From NCBI GenBank assembly GCA_965368975.1, contig CBDUPA010000022.1:1-64000 (forward strand): a stretch of 64,000 nt of DNA, in the 5' to 3' direction. Positions 9,322-19,364 of the stretch are shown here, one piece after another. The notes under the pieces were generated by a model that saw only the letters and a list, made by a program, of their open reading frames with translations, was not told the DNA's origin and ran no database searches. The DNA comes from an uncultured bacterium. GTDB lineage: Bacteria > Acidobacteriota > Thermoanaerobaculia > Multivoradales > JAHZIX01. Numbering within the stretch: position 1 is the first letter of the stretch; every line of letters begins with the position of its first letter. Both the position numbers and the translations under genes were made by a program.

Positions 9322-9462
9322 ATGTCGAAGAAGCAATGTTCTGTCGTCCTGGTTCTCAGCCTGGGTCTCATGCCCTTGCTGGGACTGGTTCCTCAGCTCG
9401 AGGATGCACAGCACCGTGGCGTGACCGTCGATCCAAACGGAAGGTCAGGAGCAGAGAGCTAG
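9322..9462 (+). CDS. Small, probably exported peptide (46 aa) with RGVTVDPNG motif; below the ORF-track size cut-off
   Basis: GAGGAG RBS; MSKKQCSVVLVLSLGLMPLLGLVPQLEDAQHRGVTVDPNGRSGAES*. Basic N-terminus plus hydrophobic stretch resembles a signal peptide. Confidence 0.7.
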   Translation: MSKKQCSVVLVLSLGLMPLLGLVPQLEDAQHRGVTVDPNGRSGAES

Positions 9463-9474
9463 AACGTCGAACCT

Positions 9475-9513
9475 GAGGGTAGGCGGGCATCCCTGGGGCG
9501 CCCGCCTACCCTC
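9475..9513 (+). terminator. Strong hairpin after the peptide cassette (terminator or mRNA-stabilising stem)
   Basis: Perfect 14-bp inverted repeat GAGGGTAGGCGGGC / GCCCGCCTACCCTC; no clear U-tract. Confidence 0.55.
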
Positions 9514-9647
9514 CCGCCTTGGGCTGCGAGATCTTTCTTGTATCAATGGCCGTAGTTTTGTCACACTCGGCAACTTAGCGTGCACTATACGAGTGCTGCG
9601 GCAAGATCTCCGTCAGCGCACCCAGAATCCAATGAGGAGGAGCAAGG

Positions 9648-10937
9648 ATGCATATCAACCGTGATCTTCTGATGGCCCTTTTCCGTGGAGAGATCTCATC
9701 AGAGGAGTTGCTCCGACTGGCTCAGGAACATCTGTTGGACCGCTGCCGCTTCTGCCGGCAGGAATTCACCGCCTTCGTCAAGCTGCTCGAGCAAGTAGAG
9801 GAACCGGAAGACACGGCATTGCTGACCTTCGACCGAAGACGCGAACTCCTGGGAAGTGAGGAGTTCAAGGTGCTCGAACCGCAAGCGCGCCGCTGGCAGC
9901 GGGAGCTGGCGGGTCTGCCGAGATCCGCGCAGCTCGAAAAGGTCCAGCGGGCCCGCACGCGGTTTCGCGGTCCTGTCTTCGGCAATCTGATGCTGGAGAT
10001 GGCACGGGCGGCGATGCCGGATGATCCGGCTGCAGCTCTACATCTGGCCAGGATCGCCCAGGTGGCGACGATTCTCGAGGAGGACTACCGGGAGGTTCAC
10101 ATCCTGGCCTTGGCCTACCAGGCGAATGCGCATCGAGTGCTGGGTAACGTGGATGAAGCGGAACACCTCTTCAAGGGGCTCCGGGGCTGCATGGATCTCG
10201 TGACCGATACCCGAACCATCGCGGAAGTGGCGAGTTTCGAAGGCTCCATGGCCTTGGATCACCGGCTGTTCACGGACGCCGAGGCGCGATTCAACCGGGC
10301 GATCAGTCTCTACCGCCTGGTGCGCGATACCGAAGGTGAGGCCCGCAACCTCTTGAATCTCGGTTCTGCCGCTTACTACGCCGGGCACCTCCGTGAAGCA
10401 GTGCTGGTCACCAGGGAGGCGCTACGTCTCGTAGCCGATGAGGAGAGCGAACTCTATCTCTCGGCCAGGCACAACCTAGGTGTCTACTTGTTGGCGGATG
10501 GTGCTGCCGAAGAGGTGGCGACGATGCTGGTCGAGGATTTGCCGCTCTACAGGAAGCTCTCCGTCACTGCACCCAGGTGGAACACCTTCTTCTTCTGGCT
10601 CTCCGGGCGGGCTGCTTCGGCTCTCGGAAACAACGAGCAGGCGGAAGCCCTCTTTCATCAGACGCGCGGCATCTTCGAGCAGTCGGCGAAGGACTACGAG
10701 GCGGCCCTCGTGGGGCTGGACCTTCTGCGGCTCTATGTCAGTGAGCAGCGTTTTGCGGAGGTCTTACGGGTGGTGGAAGAGATCCTGCCGGTCTTCGCTC
10801 GCTATGAGCTGGCTCCGGAGACGCTGGAGCTGCTGTCCGCGTTGGAAAGCGCGGTGCAGCGCGGGCGGGTTGGAGCGAAGCTCCTCGAAAGAGTGACTCT
10901 GCACCTGGAGCACGCCCGGAGACACACTCGGGTCTGA
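9648..10937 (+). CDS. TPR protein with N-terminal HxxxxCxxC (zf-HC2/ZAS-like) motif
   Basis: GAGGAGGAG RBS; EHLLDRCRFCRQE near the N-terminus; TPR-like helices (LALAYQANAHRVLGNVDEAEHLF, ARNLLNLGSAAYYAGHLREAV, ARHNLGVYL). Confidence 0.8.
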   Translation: MHINRDLLMALFRGEISSEELLRLAQEHLLDRCRFCRQEFTAFVKLLEQVEEPEDTALLTFDRRRELLGSEEFKVLEPQARRWQRELAGLPRSAQLEKVQRARTRFRGPVFGNLMLEMARAAMPDDPAAALHLARIAQVATILEEDYREVHILALAYQANAHRVLGNVDEAEHLFKGLRGCMDLVTDTRTIAEVASFEGSMALDHRLFTDAEARFNRAISLYRLVRDTEGEARNLLNLGSAAYYAGHLREAVLVTREALRLVADEESELYLSARHNLGVYLLADGAAEEVATMLVEDLPLYRKLSVTAPRWNTFFFWLSGRAASALGNNEQAEALFHQTRGIFEQSAKDYEAALVGLDLLRLYVSEQRFAEVLRVVEEILPVFARYELAPETLELLSALESAVQRGRVGAKLLERVTLHLEHARRHTRV

Positions 10938-10980
10938 GAGAGCTTCTGCTCTGGTGCCAGGAAACCTGAGGGTTTCCACA

Positions 10981-11009
10981 AAGAAAAACGGCCGGGTCAC
11001 CCCGGCCGT
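10981..11009 (-). terminator. Rho-independent terminator of the TonB-dependent receptor gene
   Basis: ACGGCCGGG-loop-CCCGGCCGT stem followed by TTTTTCTT on the minus strand, between convergent genes. Confidence 0.7.
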
Positions 11010-11050
11010 GTTCCTCTTACGCCTCTGCCCTGCGGCAGAAGGCGCCGTGA

Positions 11051-13987
11051 TCAACGGAAGTTCAGACGCACACCGAAGCGGATCACCCGCGGGCTGACCA
11101 CTTCGTCGACGAAGAAGCCGTTCGAGCCGCTGATGTCGCGCTCGCGCTGCAGGATGGTGTCATCGTTGAACAGGTTGAAGATGTCGGCGCTCAAGGTGGC
11201 CTTGAAGTCGCTGAACGAGATCTCCTTGTCGATGCGCAGATCGACCAGGTACAGCTCGTCGTTGCGCTCGCTACCGGTCGACGTCACCTGAAGGTCACGC
11301 GGCAGGCCGTCCGAGGTCGAGACCGTCGAGTTGCCCAGGTAGTAGGGGCGCGGGTAGCCTTCACGGCCGCTGATGTTGACCGCGACGTTGAAGCCCCACG
11401 GCTCGCTCGGAGCGACCTGGTACATGCCGTTGATGTTGAATGACCAGCGGCTGTTCAGCAGGATGTCGTCCTTGTCACCGGAGCCGTCGGACTGCTGAGC
11501 AACCGGGGCGCCGTTGTTGTCGAAGTCCTTCCACTCGTCGATGTCGGTCTCCGGACGCTGGCCGGGAGCGAGGTCGTTCGGGTCGAAGAAGTAGCTACCC
11601 GGGATGTCCCACTTCCAGTCGTAGTAGGTGAACTGACCACGCAGCATCCACTGATCGGCGAGACGCTTGGTCAGGGTCGCGGTATAGCCGGTGTACTCCT
11701 GCTCGCGGTCACCGTTGCGCAGCAGGTAGCCGCCGGTGAAGGCAACCGCCGGGCTGAGCGCGAAGCTGGGCACGGAGTAGGTGCCGCCACCCGGAATCGG
11801 GCCGCTCAGGGTGCCGTCGAAGACGAAGTCGCCGGGGCCGGCGGGGCGCACGTTGCCGCTGGCGTCACGCACCAGGTAGGCACGCTCGTGCAGGTCCGAG
11901 ACGATGCGGTGGGTCAAGATGAAGCCGCCTACGAGCTCGGGCCGGAAGGCGTGCTCGATGCTCAGGTTGATCTCGTCGGTCTTCTCGGCTTCCAGGCCCG
12001 GATCGTTGCGGTTCGGGCTCGACAGGGCGGCCGGGTTGGCCGGGTCGAAGCCGATGGCGTTGAGGAAGTCGTAGTCTTCACCGGCGTCGAATTCCAGGTT
12101 GCCGTTGGCGTCCGTGAAGTCGATGATCGCGAAGGCGCTGTCCAGCGGGTTGGTACGCGAGATCAGGCCCTGCTGCATCTGCTGCACAAAGCGCGAGTAG
12201 CTGGCACGCAGGAGGGTCTTGCGCTCCGGGCCCAGGGCGTAGGTGACACCGATACGGGGCGAGAAGTCGGTGAACTCGATACCGTCGGCGTCGTTGCCCT
12301 GGAAGTCCAGGTCGGGCAGCAGGCCGGGCAGCAGGTCGTTGCCGGCCAGGGTGAAGGCCGGGTTGTCACCGGTCTGCTCGTCGTAGCGGAAACCGACGTT
12401 GACCGTCAGGTTGTCGCGCGTGATGGTGTCCTGGGCCCAGATAGCCGTGTACTCGGTGGTGTTCTTGAACGCCGGCAGCTCGGCGCGGTAGACGCGGGCG
12501 CGGTGGTCGCGGCCGGCAGTGTTGGCGCCGTTCTCGAACACGATCACATTCTCGCCGCCCCAGGTGGTGCCGGTGCCGGTGTCGGCCTCGCGCAGGCTGG
12601 TGCCGAACTTCAGTTCGTGGGCCATGTTGCTGGTGTTGAAGAAGTACGAGCCATCGACGCGGTACTGGTCGACGTCACGGTCGGAACCGAAGTCGAGATA
12701 GGTACGACCCCAGACACCGCCGCTGTTGAGCACCTGGTCCTCACGCCCCTTGGCGATCAGGCCGAAGCCACCATCGACGTAGGACCACAGGCCGGTCAGG
12801 TAGAAGTCCGAGTTGAAGATGTGGGTGTCTTCGAACTTGAAGATCTCGGTCGGGCCACTCTGGTTCCAGGTGGTTTCCGGCGGGCGCGTGTTGCCGGCAC
12901 CGCGGCCGTCCTTGATCTTGTCACCACGACTGAACTGGAAGACCGCCGAGTTGTTGTCGGTCGCCTGGGCGTTCAGTTTGAGGTTGCTGTTCTCCAGGAT
13001 CGTATCGTCGCGGGCACCGCTGGCCACGATGTTGCGGACGTTCTGTTCGCCGTAGGCGCCCCAGAACCAGAGATGGTCGCGCCAGATCGGGCCGCCGACC
13101 TCGAGGCCCTTCTCTTCCAGCGTGTTGATCTCGTTGCCCTGGAAGTTGGTCTGGCCAGCGGGGAGCTGGTTGGTGTTGAAGTCCGAGCTGCTCTGGAACT
13201 CGGAATCAGCGTTGAAGTAGCGTGCCGAGCCGCGCAACTGGTTGGAACCACGGCGAGTCACCAGGTTGACCGTGACGCCCGGCGTGGCGTTGGCGACGTC
13301 GACACCACCGGTCGACAGCTGCACCTCTTCGAAGGCGTCGAAGTCGTAGTAGGTGGGCGAGGCGCCGATGGCCGACATGTCGGTGATCACGACGCCGTCG
13401 ACGGCGAATACGTTCTGGCCGCTGTCGGAACCAGGGCCCGTGAACACGCTCTGCTGACCACTCTCGTTACCGCCGACGTTGTTGCGGTCGACCTGCACGC
13501 CCGGGGCTTGGTTCAGGATGCTCCAGGGATCGCGCGAGGTGGGGAGCTTTTCGAGCTCCACCGAGCTGATGCTGGTACCGGTGACCAGCTTGCGCTCGTC
13601 GAGCAGCGGGCTGGCGGAGGTGACCGTGATGGTTTCCTCGATCGCTGGCGACAGCGTCACCTCGACTGTCGTGGTGCGGCCAACGCGAATGTTGATGTTC
13701 GGGTACTCGACGGTCGAGAACCCTTCCAGCTCCACGACGAGCTGGTAGTTGCCCGGCGACAAGCCGAGGAAGCGGAACTGGCCTTCCGCGTTGGTGATGG
13801 TGACACGCGGAGCTCCGAGGCCGGAAAGCGTCACGGTGACGCCCGGCAGGGGCTCGCCCTGATTGTCGACGGCGGTGCCGAAGAGGTCGCCGGTTTGTAG
13901 CTGCGCCTGGGCGGTGCCGGCTGAGAAAGCCAGTATCGCGACGAGGGCGAGCAGCCAGAGACTGCGCCTGATTCCTTGTCCTTGCAT
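11051..13987 (-). CDS. TonB-dependent receptor with N-terminal carboxypeptidase-regulatory-like domain (Oar-like)
   Basis: Start at 13987 after a GGAGG RBS; signal peptide MQGQGIRRSLWLLALVAILAFSAGTAQA; LPGVTVTL...GQFRFLGLSPGNY; plug-like region; C-terminal beta-strand FGVRLNFR. Confidence 0.9.
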   Translation of the reverse strand: MQGQGIRRSLWLLALVAILAFSAGTAQAQLQTGDLFGTAVDNQGEPLPGVTVTLSGLGAPRVTITNAEGQFRFLGLSPGNYQLVVELEGFSTVEYPNINIRVGRTTTVEVTLSPAIEETITVTSASPLLDERKLVTGTSISSVELEKLPTSRDPWSILNQAPGVQVDRNNVGGNESGQQSVFTGPGSDSGQNVFAVDGVVITDMSAIGASPTYYDFDAFEEVQLSTGGVDVANATPGVTVNLVTRRGSNQLRGSARYFNADSEFQSSSDFNTNQLPAGQTNFQGNEINTLEEKGLEVGGPIWRDHLWFWGAYGEQNVRNIVASGARDDTILENSNLKLNAQATDNNSAVFQFSRGDKIKDGRGAGNTRPPETTWNQSGPTEIFKFEDTHIFNSDFYLTGLWSYVDGGFGLIAKGREDQVLNSGGVWGRTYLDFGSDRDVDQYRVDGSYFFNTSNMAHELKFGTSLREADTGTGTTWGGENVIVFENGANTAGRDHRARVYRAELPAFKNTTEYTAIWAQDTITRDNLTVNVGFRYDEQTGDNPAFTLAGNDLLPGLLPDLDFQGNDADGIEFTDFSPRIGVTYALGPERKTLLRASYSRFVQQMQQGLISRTNPLDSAFAIIDFTDANGNLEFDAGEDYDFLNAIGFDPANPAALSSPNRNDPGLEAEKTDEINLSIEHAFRPELVGGFILTHRIVSDLHERAYLVRDASGNVRPAGPGDFVFDGTLSGPIPGGGTYSVPSFALSPAVAFTGGYLLRNGDREQEYTGYTATLTKRLADQWMLRGQFTYYDWKWDIPGSYFFDPNDLAPGQRPETDIDEWKDFDNNGAPVAQQSDGSGDKDDILLNSRWSFNINGMYQVAPSEPWGFNVAVNISGREGYPRPYYLGNSTVSTSDGLPRDLQVTSTGSERNDELYLVDLRIDKEISFSDFKATLSADIFNLFNDDTILQRERDISGSNGFFVDEVVSPRVIRFGVRLNFR

Positions 13988-14044
13988 CAGATCTGATCCT
14001 CCCTTGGGTTCCCTGGGGTTTGGTTGGGTCCGTTCCTTGGTATG

Positions 14045-14061
14045 TGCCAATGTCGTGCCAA
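14045..14061 (-). promoter_or_regulatory. Sigma54 (-24/-12) promoter of the TonB receptor
   Basis: TTGGCACGACATTGGCA = GG-N10-GC, about 60 nt upstream of the ATG. Confidence 0.65.
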
Positions 14062-14308
14062 CTTTCGTGTGCTGCGTCTTCCCGGCACGGTGCTCGCAAA
14101 TGCCACCTGTGTGCGGAGTCTTGGCGTGGTTGTGCCCAGACGCCGAATCCAAGCCAAAGTGGGCTTCAGTTCAAGAATTTGGATCTCTCCAAGGCGTGGA
14201 CCAAGAAATTGAATCGTAATGAGCTTTAGAAGCATACCATGTGCGCGTGGCGTTGGGGTAAGGTCTGTGCGGAGGTGTTCGATGACGTTGGGCTGTAGGA
14301 AGCGACCG

Positions 14309-15841
14309 ATGCGCGTACTGCTGTGCGGTGCTTTGCTGGTGTATGCCAGCGTGACCGCCAGCGCGGCGCAGGAGCCGCCGGCGGCGGATGTCTTCGAACC
14401 GATCCGGCAGCTGTTGTCGACAGCGGACCGGCAGACGCGCCGAGCGGCTGCCGAAGAGTTGCAGCGTGCCGGCGACCTGGCGTTGGTGCCACCGCTTGTC
14501 GACGCACTCTTCTTCTTGCCGCGTGACCGGCGGCGCGAAGCTCTGGAGGTCCTGGAGGCGCTGAGCGGGGAACGGCCGGGTGGCCGCTACATGGATTGGG
14601 TGGAAGTCGTCGGCCGGCGTCGCGACCTCGAACCGCCGCCCGGCTACGCCGCCTTCAAGCTGGAGTTGCTGCAGCGCATCGACCCGAGCTACGCCAAGAT
14701 CTTCTACCCTGGTGCACCGTTGCGTATCCGGCTGGAAGAGGTGGTGTGGGGGGGCGTGCCACTGGACGGTATCCCGACGCTGGAGCAGCCGGCCCACATT
14801 CCGGCTGCCGAGGCGGACTATCTGCGCGACGACGAGGCGGTGTTCGGTGTGGCGATCGGTGGCGAAGCGCGCGCGTATCCGCTGCGCATGCTCGACTGGC
14901 ACGAGCTGCTCAACGACGTGGTCGGTGGGGAGCCGGTGAGCTTGAGCTACTGCACGCTGTGCGGCTCGGCTGTCCTGTACTCGACGCGCACGCGCGGTGC
15001 GCCCTACACGTTCGGCACCTCGGGCCTGCTGTATCGCAGTAACAAGTTGATGTTCGATCGTCAGACCTACAGTCTGTGGAGCAACCTCACCGGCGAACCG
15101 GTCATCGGCCGGCGGGCGCGCGGCAGCGTGCGGCTGCGGCAGCTGCCGGTGACGCGCACCACCTGGGAAGCGTGGCACCAGCGCTTCCCGGACACCACGG
15201 TGTTGGCGCTCGATCGTGAGCTGGAGCGCCGGACGGGTTTTCGCTACCGTCCCGGCGCGGCTCGCCTGGCGCGTCGCGGCGTCGAGTTCCCGGTCTGGCA
15301 GCGCGACGATCGTCTGGCGCGTGAGGACGAGGTTTACACGCTGCGCCTGACACAGCTAGACGCTGCGGTCGACGGGGAGGAGTCGGTGAAGGCCTACGAG
15401 CTGGATGCTTTGCTCGAGGTGGGTGTGTTGCACGACGAGCTGGGCGGCCAGCCGCTGGTGTTGGTGGCGGACGAAGGCAGCGGTGCCGTGCGGGCCTATG
15501 CACGTGCTTCCACGGCGCAGACTTTCACGGCGCGCGCTTCGGGCTTGGAGCCGGGCTTGGAGCTGCTCGATGGCGCGGGGGCGATCTGGAGAGCGGACGA
15601 GGACGCGCTGCGCTGTGTCGAGGGATGTGCCGCGTCGACGGATGCACCGCCCGAGGACATGCTGCCCGAGGACATGCTGCCCGAGGACGCACCGTCCGTA
15701 CAACCGCGTGAACTGTCGCACGAGTTGCCGCGATTGGCTGGGCATGTCGCCTTCTGGTTCGGCTGGTACGGCTTCTATCCGCACACCGAGTTGTGGCCGG
15801 ACGCCGAGCGTCCAGACGAGGAGCATAGGATTCGCCGATGA
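14309..15841 (+). CDS. DUF3179-domain secreted protein
   Basis: Signal peptide MRVLLCGALLVYASVTASAA; WGGVPLDGIPTL, ARAYPLRMLDWHELLND, SYCTLCGSA, FGTSGLLYRSNKLMFDRQT, AFWFGWYGFYPHT. Confidence 0.8.
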   Translation: MRVLLCGALLVYASVTASAAQEPPAADVFEPIRQLLSTADRQTRRAAAEELQRAGDLALVPPLVDALFFLPRDRRREALEVLEALSGERPGGRYMDWVEVVGRRRDLEPPPGYAAFKLELLQRIDPSYAKIFYPGAPLRIRLEEVVWGGVPLDGIPTLEQPAHIPAAEADYLRDDEAVFGVAIGGEARAYPLRMLDWHELLNDVVGGEPVSLSYCTLCGSAVLYSTRTRGAPYTFGTSGLLYRSNKLMFDRQTYSLWSNLTGEPVIGRRARGSVRLRQLPVTRTTWEAWHQRFPDTTVLALDRELERRTGFRYRPGAARLARRGVEFPVWQRDDRLAREDEVYTLRLTQLDAAVDGEESVKAYELDALLEVGVLHDELGGQPLVLVADEGSGAVRAYARASTAQTFTARASGLEPGLELLDGAGAIWRADEDALRCVEGCAASTDAPPEDMLPEDMLPEDAPSVQPRELSHELPRLAGHVAFWFGWYGFYPHTELWPDAERPDEEHRIRR

Positions 15842-17130
15842 CTCGTCTGGATCGACCTTCACGCAGGCGCTTCTATGCTCTCCTTGCCCTGGCGTTGGCG
15901 GCACTTGGGTTGAGCTGGGGACTCGCGCGCTGGCCGTCCGGCAGCGAGGTGGCACCGGAGGAAGCGGGGGGTCCCCAGGGCTATTGGCTGTTCGACGGCT
16001 CCTCCGCACCGTCCCCGGATGCTTCGTCAGACGAGCTCGCGCGCTTGCTGTCCTTGCCCTACTCGGGCACCGGCGAGGCCGCGAGTGGTGATAGCGGTGT
16101 GGTCTTCCACGATGCGTCTCGTACCTGGGGGAAATACAACCTCTACAGCGCCGGGCACGGGCCGGAGGCTTTCCTGGTCGACATGGACGGCAATGTCGTG
16201 CACCGCTGGCGTTTCCCCTACGCCGCCGCCTTTCCCGAGCGCGAAGTCGACTCCTGGACCAGCTACTGGCGGCGCGTGCGCTTGTTGCCGGACGGTGGTT
16301 TGGTGGCGCTGTTCCAGAGCGGTGGTCTGATCCGAATCGACCAGCGCTCGCGCTTGCAATGGCGTCTCGACCGTGGCGTCTACAACGACGTGCGCGTCGC
16401 CGCGGATGGCTCGATCGTCACGATCACCAAGGACGCGCGGCAGCTGCCGTGGATCGACCCGCTACAGCCGGTGCTCGAAGATCAGGTCCTGGTGTTGAGC
16501 GCGGGTGGTGTGCCGCTGCGCGAGGTGTCCCTCTTGCGGGTGCTGCTCGACCATGACCCTGGCCTAGTGCGCTTCACCGGCGAGCCGGACCTGCTGCACG
16601 CCAACACCGTCGAGGTTCTAGACGTTGCTGGACCACCGCGCCGCATCCTGTTCTCGGCGCGCAACATCGATACCATCGGCGTCCTCGACCTGGAGACCCA
16701 GCGCGTCGAGTGGGCGCGGCGGGGTCCCTGGCGACGCCAGCATGATCCGCGGCCGCTAGGCTCGGGTGCGGCGAGCGAATGGGGCGATTCGGTCAACGGT
16801 CGTGTGCTGCTGTTCGACAACCAGGGTGGCTCCGACGGCCGCTCGCGGGTCATCGAATTCGATCCGGCGAGCAGTGAGATCGTCTGGACCTTCGAGCACG
16901 AGAGCTTCGACTCCTTCGAGGGCGGCGCCTGCGCGCGCTTGCCCAACGGCAATACGCTGATCAGTTCGTCGATCGAAGGCCGCGCCTTCGAAGTGACGGC
17001 GAGCGGTGAGGTGGTGTGGGAGTTCGTCAACCCGCACCGCGGCGGTCAGCGCGGCGAGTTGCTGGCGGCGCTGTGGGAGGTCGAGCGACTGGCAGCCGAG
17101 GATGTCGAGGGCTGGTTGCTACGCCAGTGA
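15838..17130 (+). CDS. Arylsulfotransferase (ASST)-family beta-propeller protein
   Basis: N-terminal membrane anchor; LVDMDGNVVHRW, DLLHANTV, QHDPR, LLFDN, RLPNGNTLI, GEVVWEF; ATGA overlap with the upstream gene. Confidence 0.75.
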   Translation: MTRLDRPSRRRFYALLALALAALGLSWGLARWPSGSEVAPEEAGGPQGYWLFDGSSAPSPDASSDELARLLSLPYSGTGEAASGDSGVVFHDASRTWGKYNLYSAGHGPEAFLVDMDGNVVHRWRFPYAAAFPEREVDSWTSYWRRVRLLPDGGLVALFQSGGLIRIDQRSRLQWRLDRGVYNDVRVAADGSIVTITKDARQLPWIDPLQPVLEDQVLVLSAGGVPLREVSLLRVLLDHDPGLVRFTGEPDLLHANTVEVLDVAGPPRRILFSARNIDTIGVLDLETQRVEWARRGPWRRQHDPRPLGSGAASEWGDSVNGRVLLFDNQGGSDGRSRVIEFDPASSEIVWTFEHESFDSFEGGACARLPNGNTLISSSIEGRAFEVTASGEVVWEFVNPHRGGQRGELLAALWEVERLAAEDVEGWLLRQ

Positions 17131-17142
17131 ATTCCGTTCCGA

Positions 17143-17169
17143 TGTAGGGGCGACCCCATGTGGCCGCCC
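17143..17169 (+). repeat. GTAG-family REP-like palindrome between convergent genes
   Basis: TGTAG-GGGCGACC-CCATGT-GGCCGCCC. Confidence 0.6.
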
Positions 17170-17181
17170 TCCGATAGGCCT

Positions 17182-18330
17182 TCAAACCCGAGTTCGCAAC
17201 GCCTTGCGCGCCTCGGTCACGGACTTGACGGCGTCGTTGGCGCTGTCGCCGAGTGCGGTCAAGTGGCCCATCTTGCGGCCCTGACGCGGCTTGTGTTTGC
17301 CGTAGAGGTGCAGCTTGACTTCGGGAAAGCGGCAGACGGCTTCCCAATTCGGCTCGCCGCCCTTCCAAACGTCACCCAGTAGATTGGCCATGGCGGCGGG
17401 CCGGTGCTGCTGGGTGCTGCCCAGCGGCAGGCCGCAGGCGGCGCGCAATTGCTGCTCGAACTGGCTGGTGACGCAGGCGTCGACGGTGTAGTGGCCGGAG
17501 TTGTGCGGGCGTGGCGCCAGCTCGTTGATCAGCAGTCCGCCGTCGCGGGTGACGAACATCTCGACGCACATGACGCCGACCACCTCGAGCTGCTCGAGGA
17601 CGCCGTGCGCCAGCTCGACCGCCTCGTTGGCGACCGCTTCGGGCAGGTCGGCGGGGGCGATGGTGACGTCGAGAATGTGGCGGCTGTGGCGATTGCTGAC
17701 CGGGCCGTAGTGCTTGCACTTGCCGTCGAGTCCGCGCACCGCGACCACCGAGATCTCTTGCTCGAAATCGATGAAGCGTTCGAGCACCGCCTGGTTGGTG
17801 CCGAGCGCCAGCCAGGCATCGTCGGCTTCACCTGGCCCGGCGATCTTGGCCTGGCCCTTGCCGTCGTACCCGAAGCCGCCAGTTTTGAGCACCGTTGGGC
17901 TGCCGAGTTCTTCGAGGGCCTGGTGCAGGTCGGTGACGGTGGTGACCTCCGCGTAAGGGGTGACGGGGAAGCCGGCATCGCGCAGGAAGGCCTTCTCGCG
18001 CAGCCGGTTCTGCGTCACGTACAGGACCTCGGCACGCGGCCGGCACGGCGCGTTCTCAGCCGCCGCCGCGATGGTGGCGGCGGGGACGTTCTCGAACTCG
18101 AAGGTGATGACGTCGACCTTCTCACCGAAGGCGCGCGCGGCGTCGAGATCTTCATAGGGCGCAGACACTTCGACGTCGGCGACATGGCCGGTCGGGGTAT
18201 CGCTCTGCGGTGAGAAGGTGTGTACGCGGTAGCCCATGCGGCGGGCTTCGAGTGCCAGCATGCGGCCGAGCTGGCCACTGCCGAAGACGCCAATGGTGGC
18301 GCCGGGCAGGATTGGGCTGTGTGTCGTCAT
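17182..18330 (-). CDS. purK: N5-carboxyaminoimidazole ribonucleotide synthase
   Basis: [44 protein letters not shown]...GRKMGH; start [10 protein letters not shown] overlaps the purE stop. Confidence 0.96.
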   Translation of the reverse strand: MTTHSPILPGATIGVFGSGQLGRMLALEARRMGYRVHTFSPQSDTPTGHVADVEVSAPYEDLDAARAFGEKVDVITFEFENVPAATIAAAAENAPCRPRAEVLYVTQNRLREKAFLRDAGFPVTPYAEVTTVTDLHQALEELGSPTVLKTGGFGYDGKGQAKIAGPGEADDAWLALGTNQAVLERFIDFEQEISVVAVRGLDGKCKHYGPVSNRHSRHILDVTIAPADLPEAVANEAVELAHGVLEQLEVVGVMCVEMFVTRDGGLLINELAPRPHNSGHYTVDACVTSQFEQQLRAACGLPLGSTQQHRPAAMANLLGDVWKGGEPNWEAVCRFPEVKLHLYGKHKPRQGRKMGHLTALGDSANDAVKSVTEARKALRTRV

Positions 18331-18869
18331 GATCGGGTCGACTCCTCGGCAGGGGGCAAAGTCTGCGCCCTCACTTTGGCGGTTTGAGCGTTGCGGAAGG
18401 TGTGCAGCTTGGCGCGTAGCTCGGGGTCTTGACGCGCCAGGATCGATACCGCCAGCAGCGCTGCATTCTTGGCGCCGGCATCGCCGATCGCCAGCGTCGC
18501 GACGGGCACGCCGGCCGGCATCTGGACGATCGACAGCAGGGAGTCGACGCCGTGGAGTGCGCGGCTCTTGACCGGCACGCCGAGCACCGGCAACAAGGTC
18601 TGGGCGGCCACCATGCCGGGCAGGTGCGCGGCGCCGCCAGCGCCGGCGATCACCACCTGGACGCCGCGCTCTTCGGCGGTTTCGGCGAACTCGGTCAACC
18701 ACTGCGGCGTCCGGTGCGCCGACACCACCAGGCATTCGTGGCCGACACCGAAGTCGTCGAGCAGCTCGTGGGCACCGCGCATGGTGTCCCAATCCGAGGT
18801 GCTGCCCATGATCACGCTGACGCTCGGTCGTGACTGCAGGGACTCTTGCGGAAGGGGCCCTTGCTTCAT
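18327..18869 (-). CDS. purE: N5-CAIR mutase
   Basis: [40 protein letters not shown]. Confidence 0.97.
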   Translation of the reverse strand: MKQGPLPQESLQSRPSVSVIMGSTSDWDTMRGAHELLDDFGVGHECLVVSAHRTPQWLTEFAETAEERGVQVVIAGAGGAAHLPGMVAAQTLLPVLGVPVKSRALHGVDSLLSIVQMPAGVPVATLAIGDAGAKNAALLAVSILARQDPELRAKLHTFRNAQTAKVRAQTLPPAEESTRS

Positions 18870-19348
18870 TCGATCTTCCTTTCCAGGTCCGGTTCCATCA
18901 CGGTGAATGTCTTGTCGACATCCGCGGCCTCACCCAGCGGCTGTCCGTCCAGTTCGATCCAGGCGTGTGCATCCAGACGCGTGGTTTGTGGCACTCTGGG
19001 CTCAGTTCCGCGCAGGTTCACCCCCAGGCGCAGCCGTGCCTCGAATCCGCGCCGTCGCAGCAGCCACCACAAGGTCATCGCGCGTGGCAGGCAGACGTAG
19101 GTTCCGGGGAGATGGGTCGCGGCCCGCTGCACCGCCAGGACTGCACCCTCGGCTACCTGACCGACGGCCTCTCGTGGTGCATCGGGGTACGGCGCGCTGA
19201 GCGCTTCCGGGACCGTCCGGCGCAGCCAGGACCAGCAGCGCCGGAAGCCGAACCATACCAGACCCCAGCGCACGAGGGGCAGTATCAGAACCGCCGCGAC
19301 CAGGGGCCGCCGCTCGTCCGGCGGCAGGCGCAGCAGCTTGCCGATCAC
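18866..19348 (-). CDS. Lasso peptide biosynthesis B2-type (transglutaminase-like) leader peptidase
   Basis: [16 protein letters not shown]...LRLGV...[10 protein letters not shown], carrying the catalytic Cys and His of this family. Confidence 0.85.
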   Translation of the reverse strand: MIGKLLRLPPDERRPLVAAVLILPLVRWGLVWFGFRRCWSWLRRTVPEALSAPYPDAPREAVGQVAEGAVLAVQRAATHLPGTYVCLPRAMTLWWLLRRRGFEARLRLGVNLRGTEPRVPQTTRLDAHAWIELDGQPLGEAADVDKTFTVMEPDLERKIE

Positions 19349-19364
19349 CGGCGTTCCAGCGGAC

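Noticed and set aside
17182-18330. PurK ATP-grasp as a graspetide ligase for the Glu/Thr/Lys-rich repeat peptide
   Set aside because: It has all canonical PurK motifs and is paired with purE, so ordinary purine synthesis explains it.
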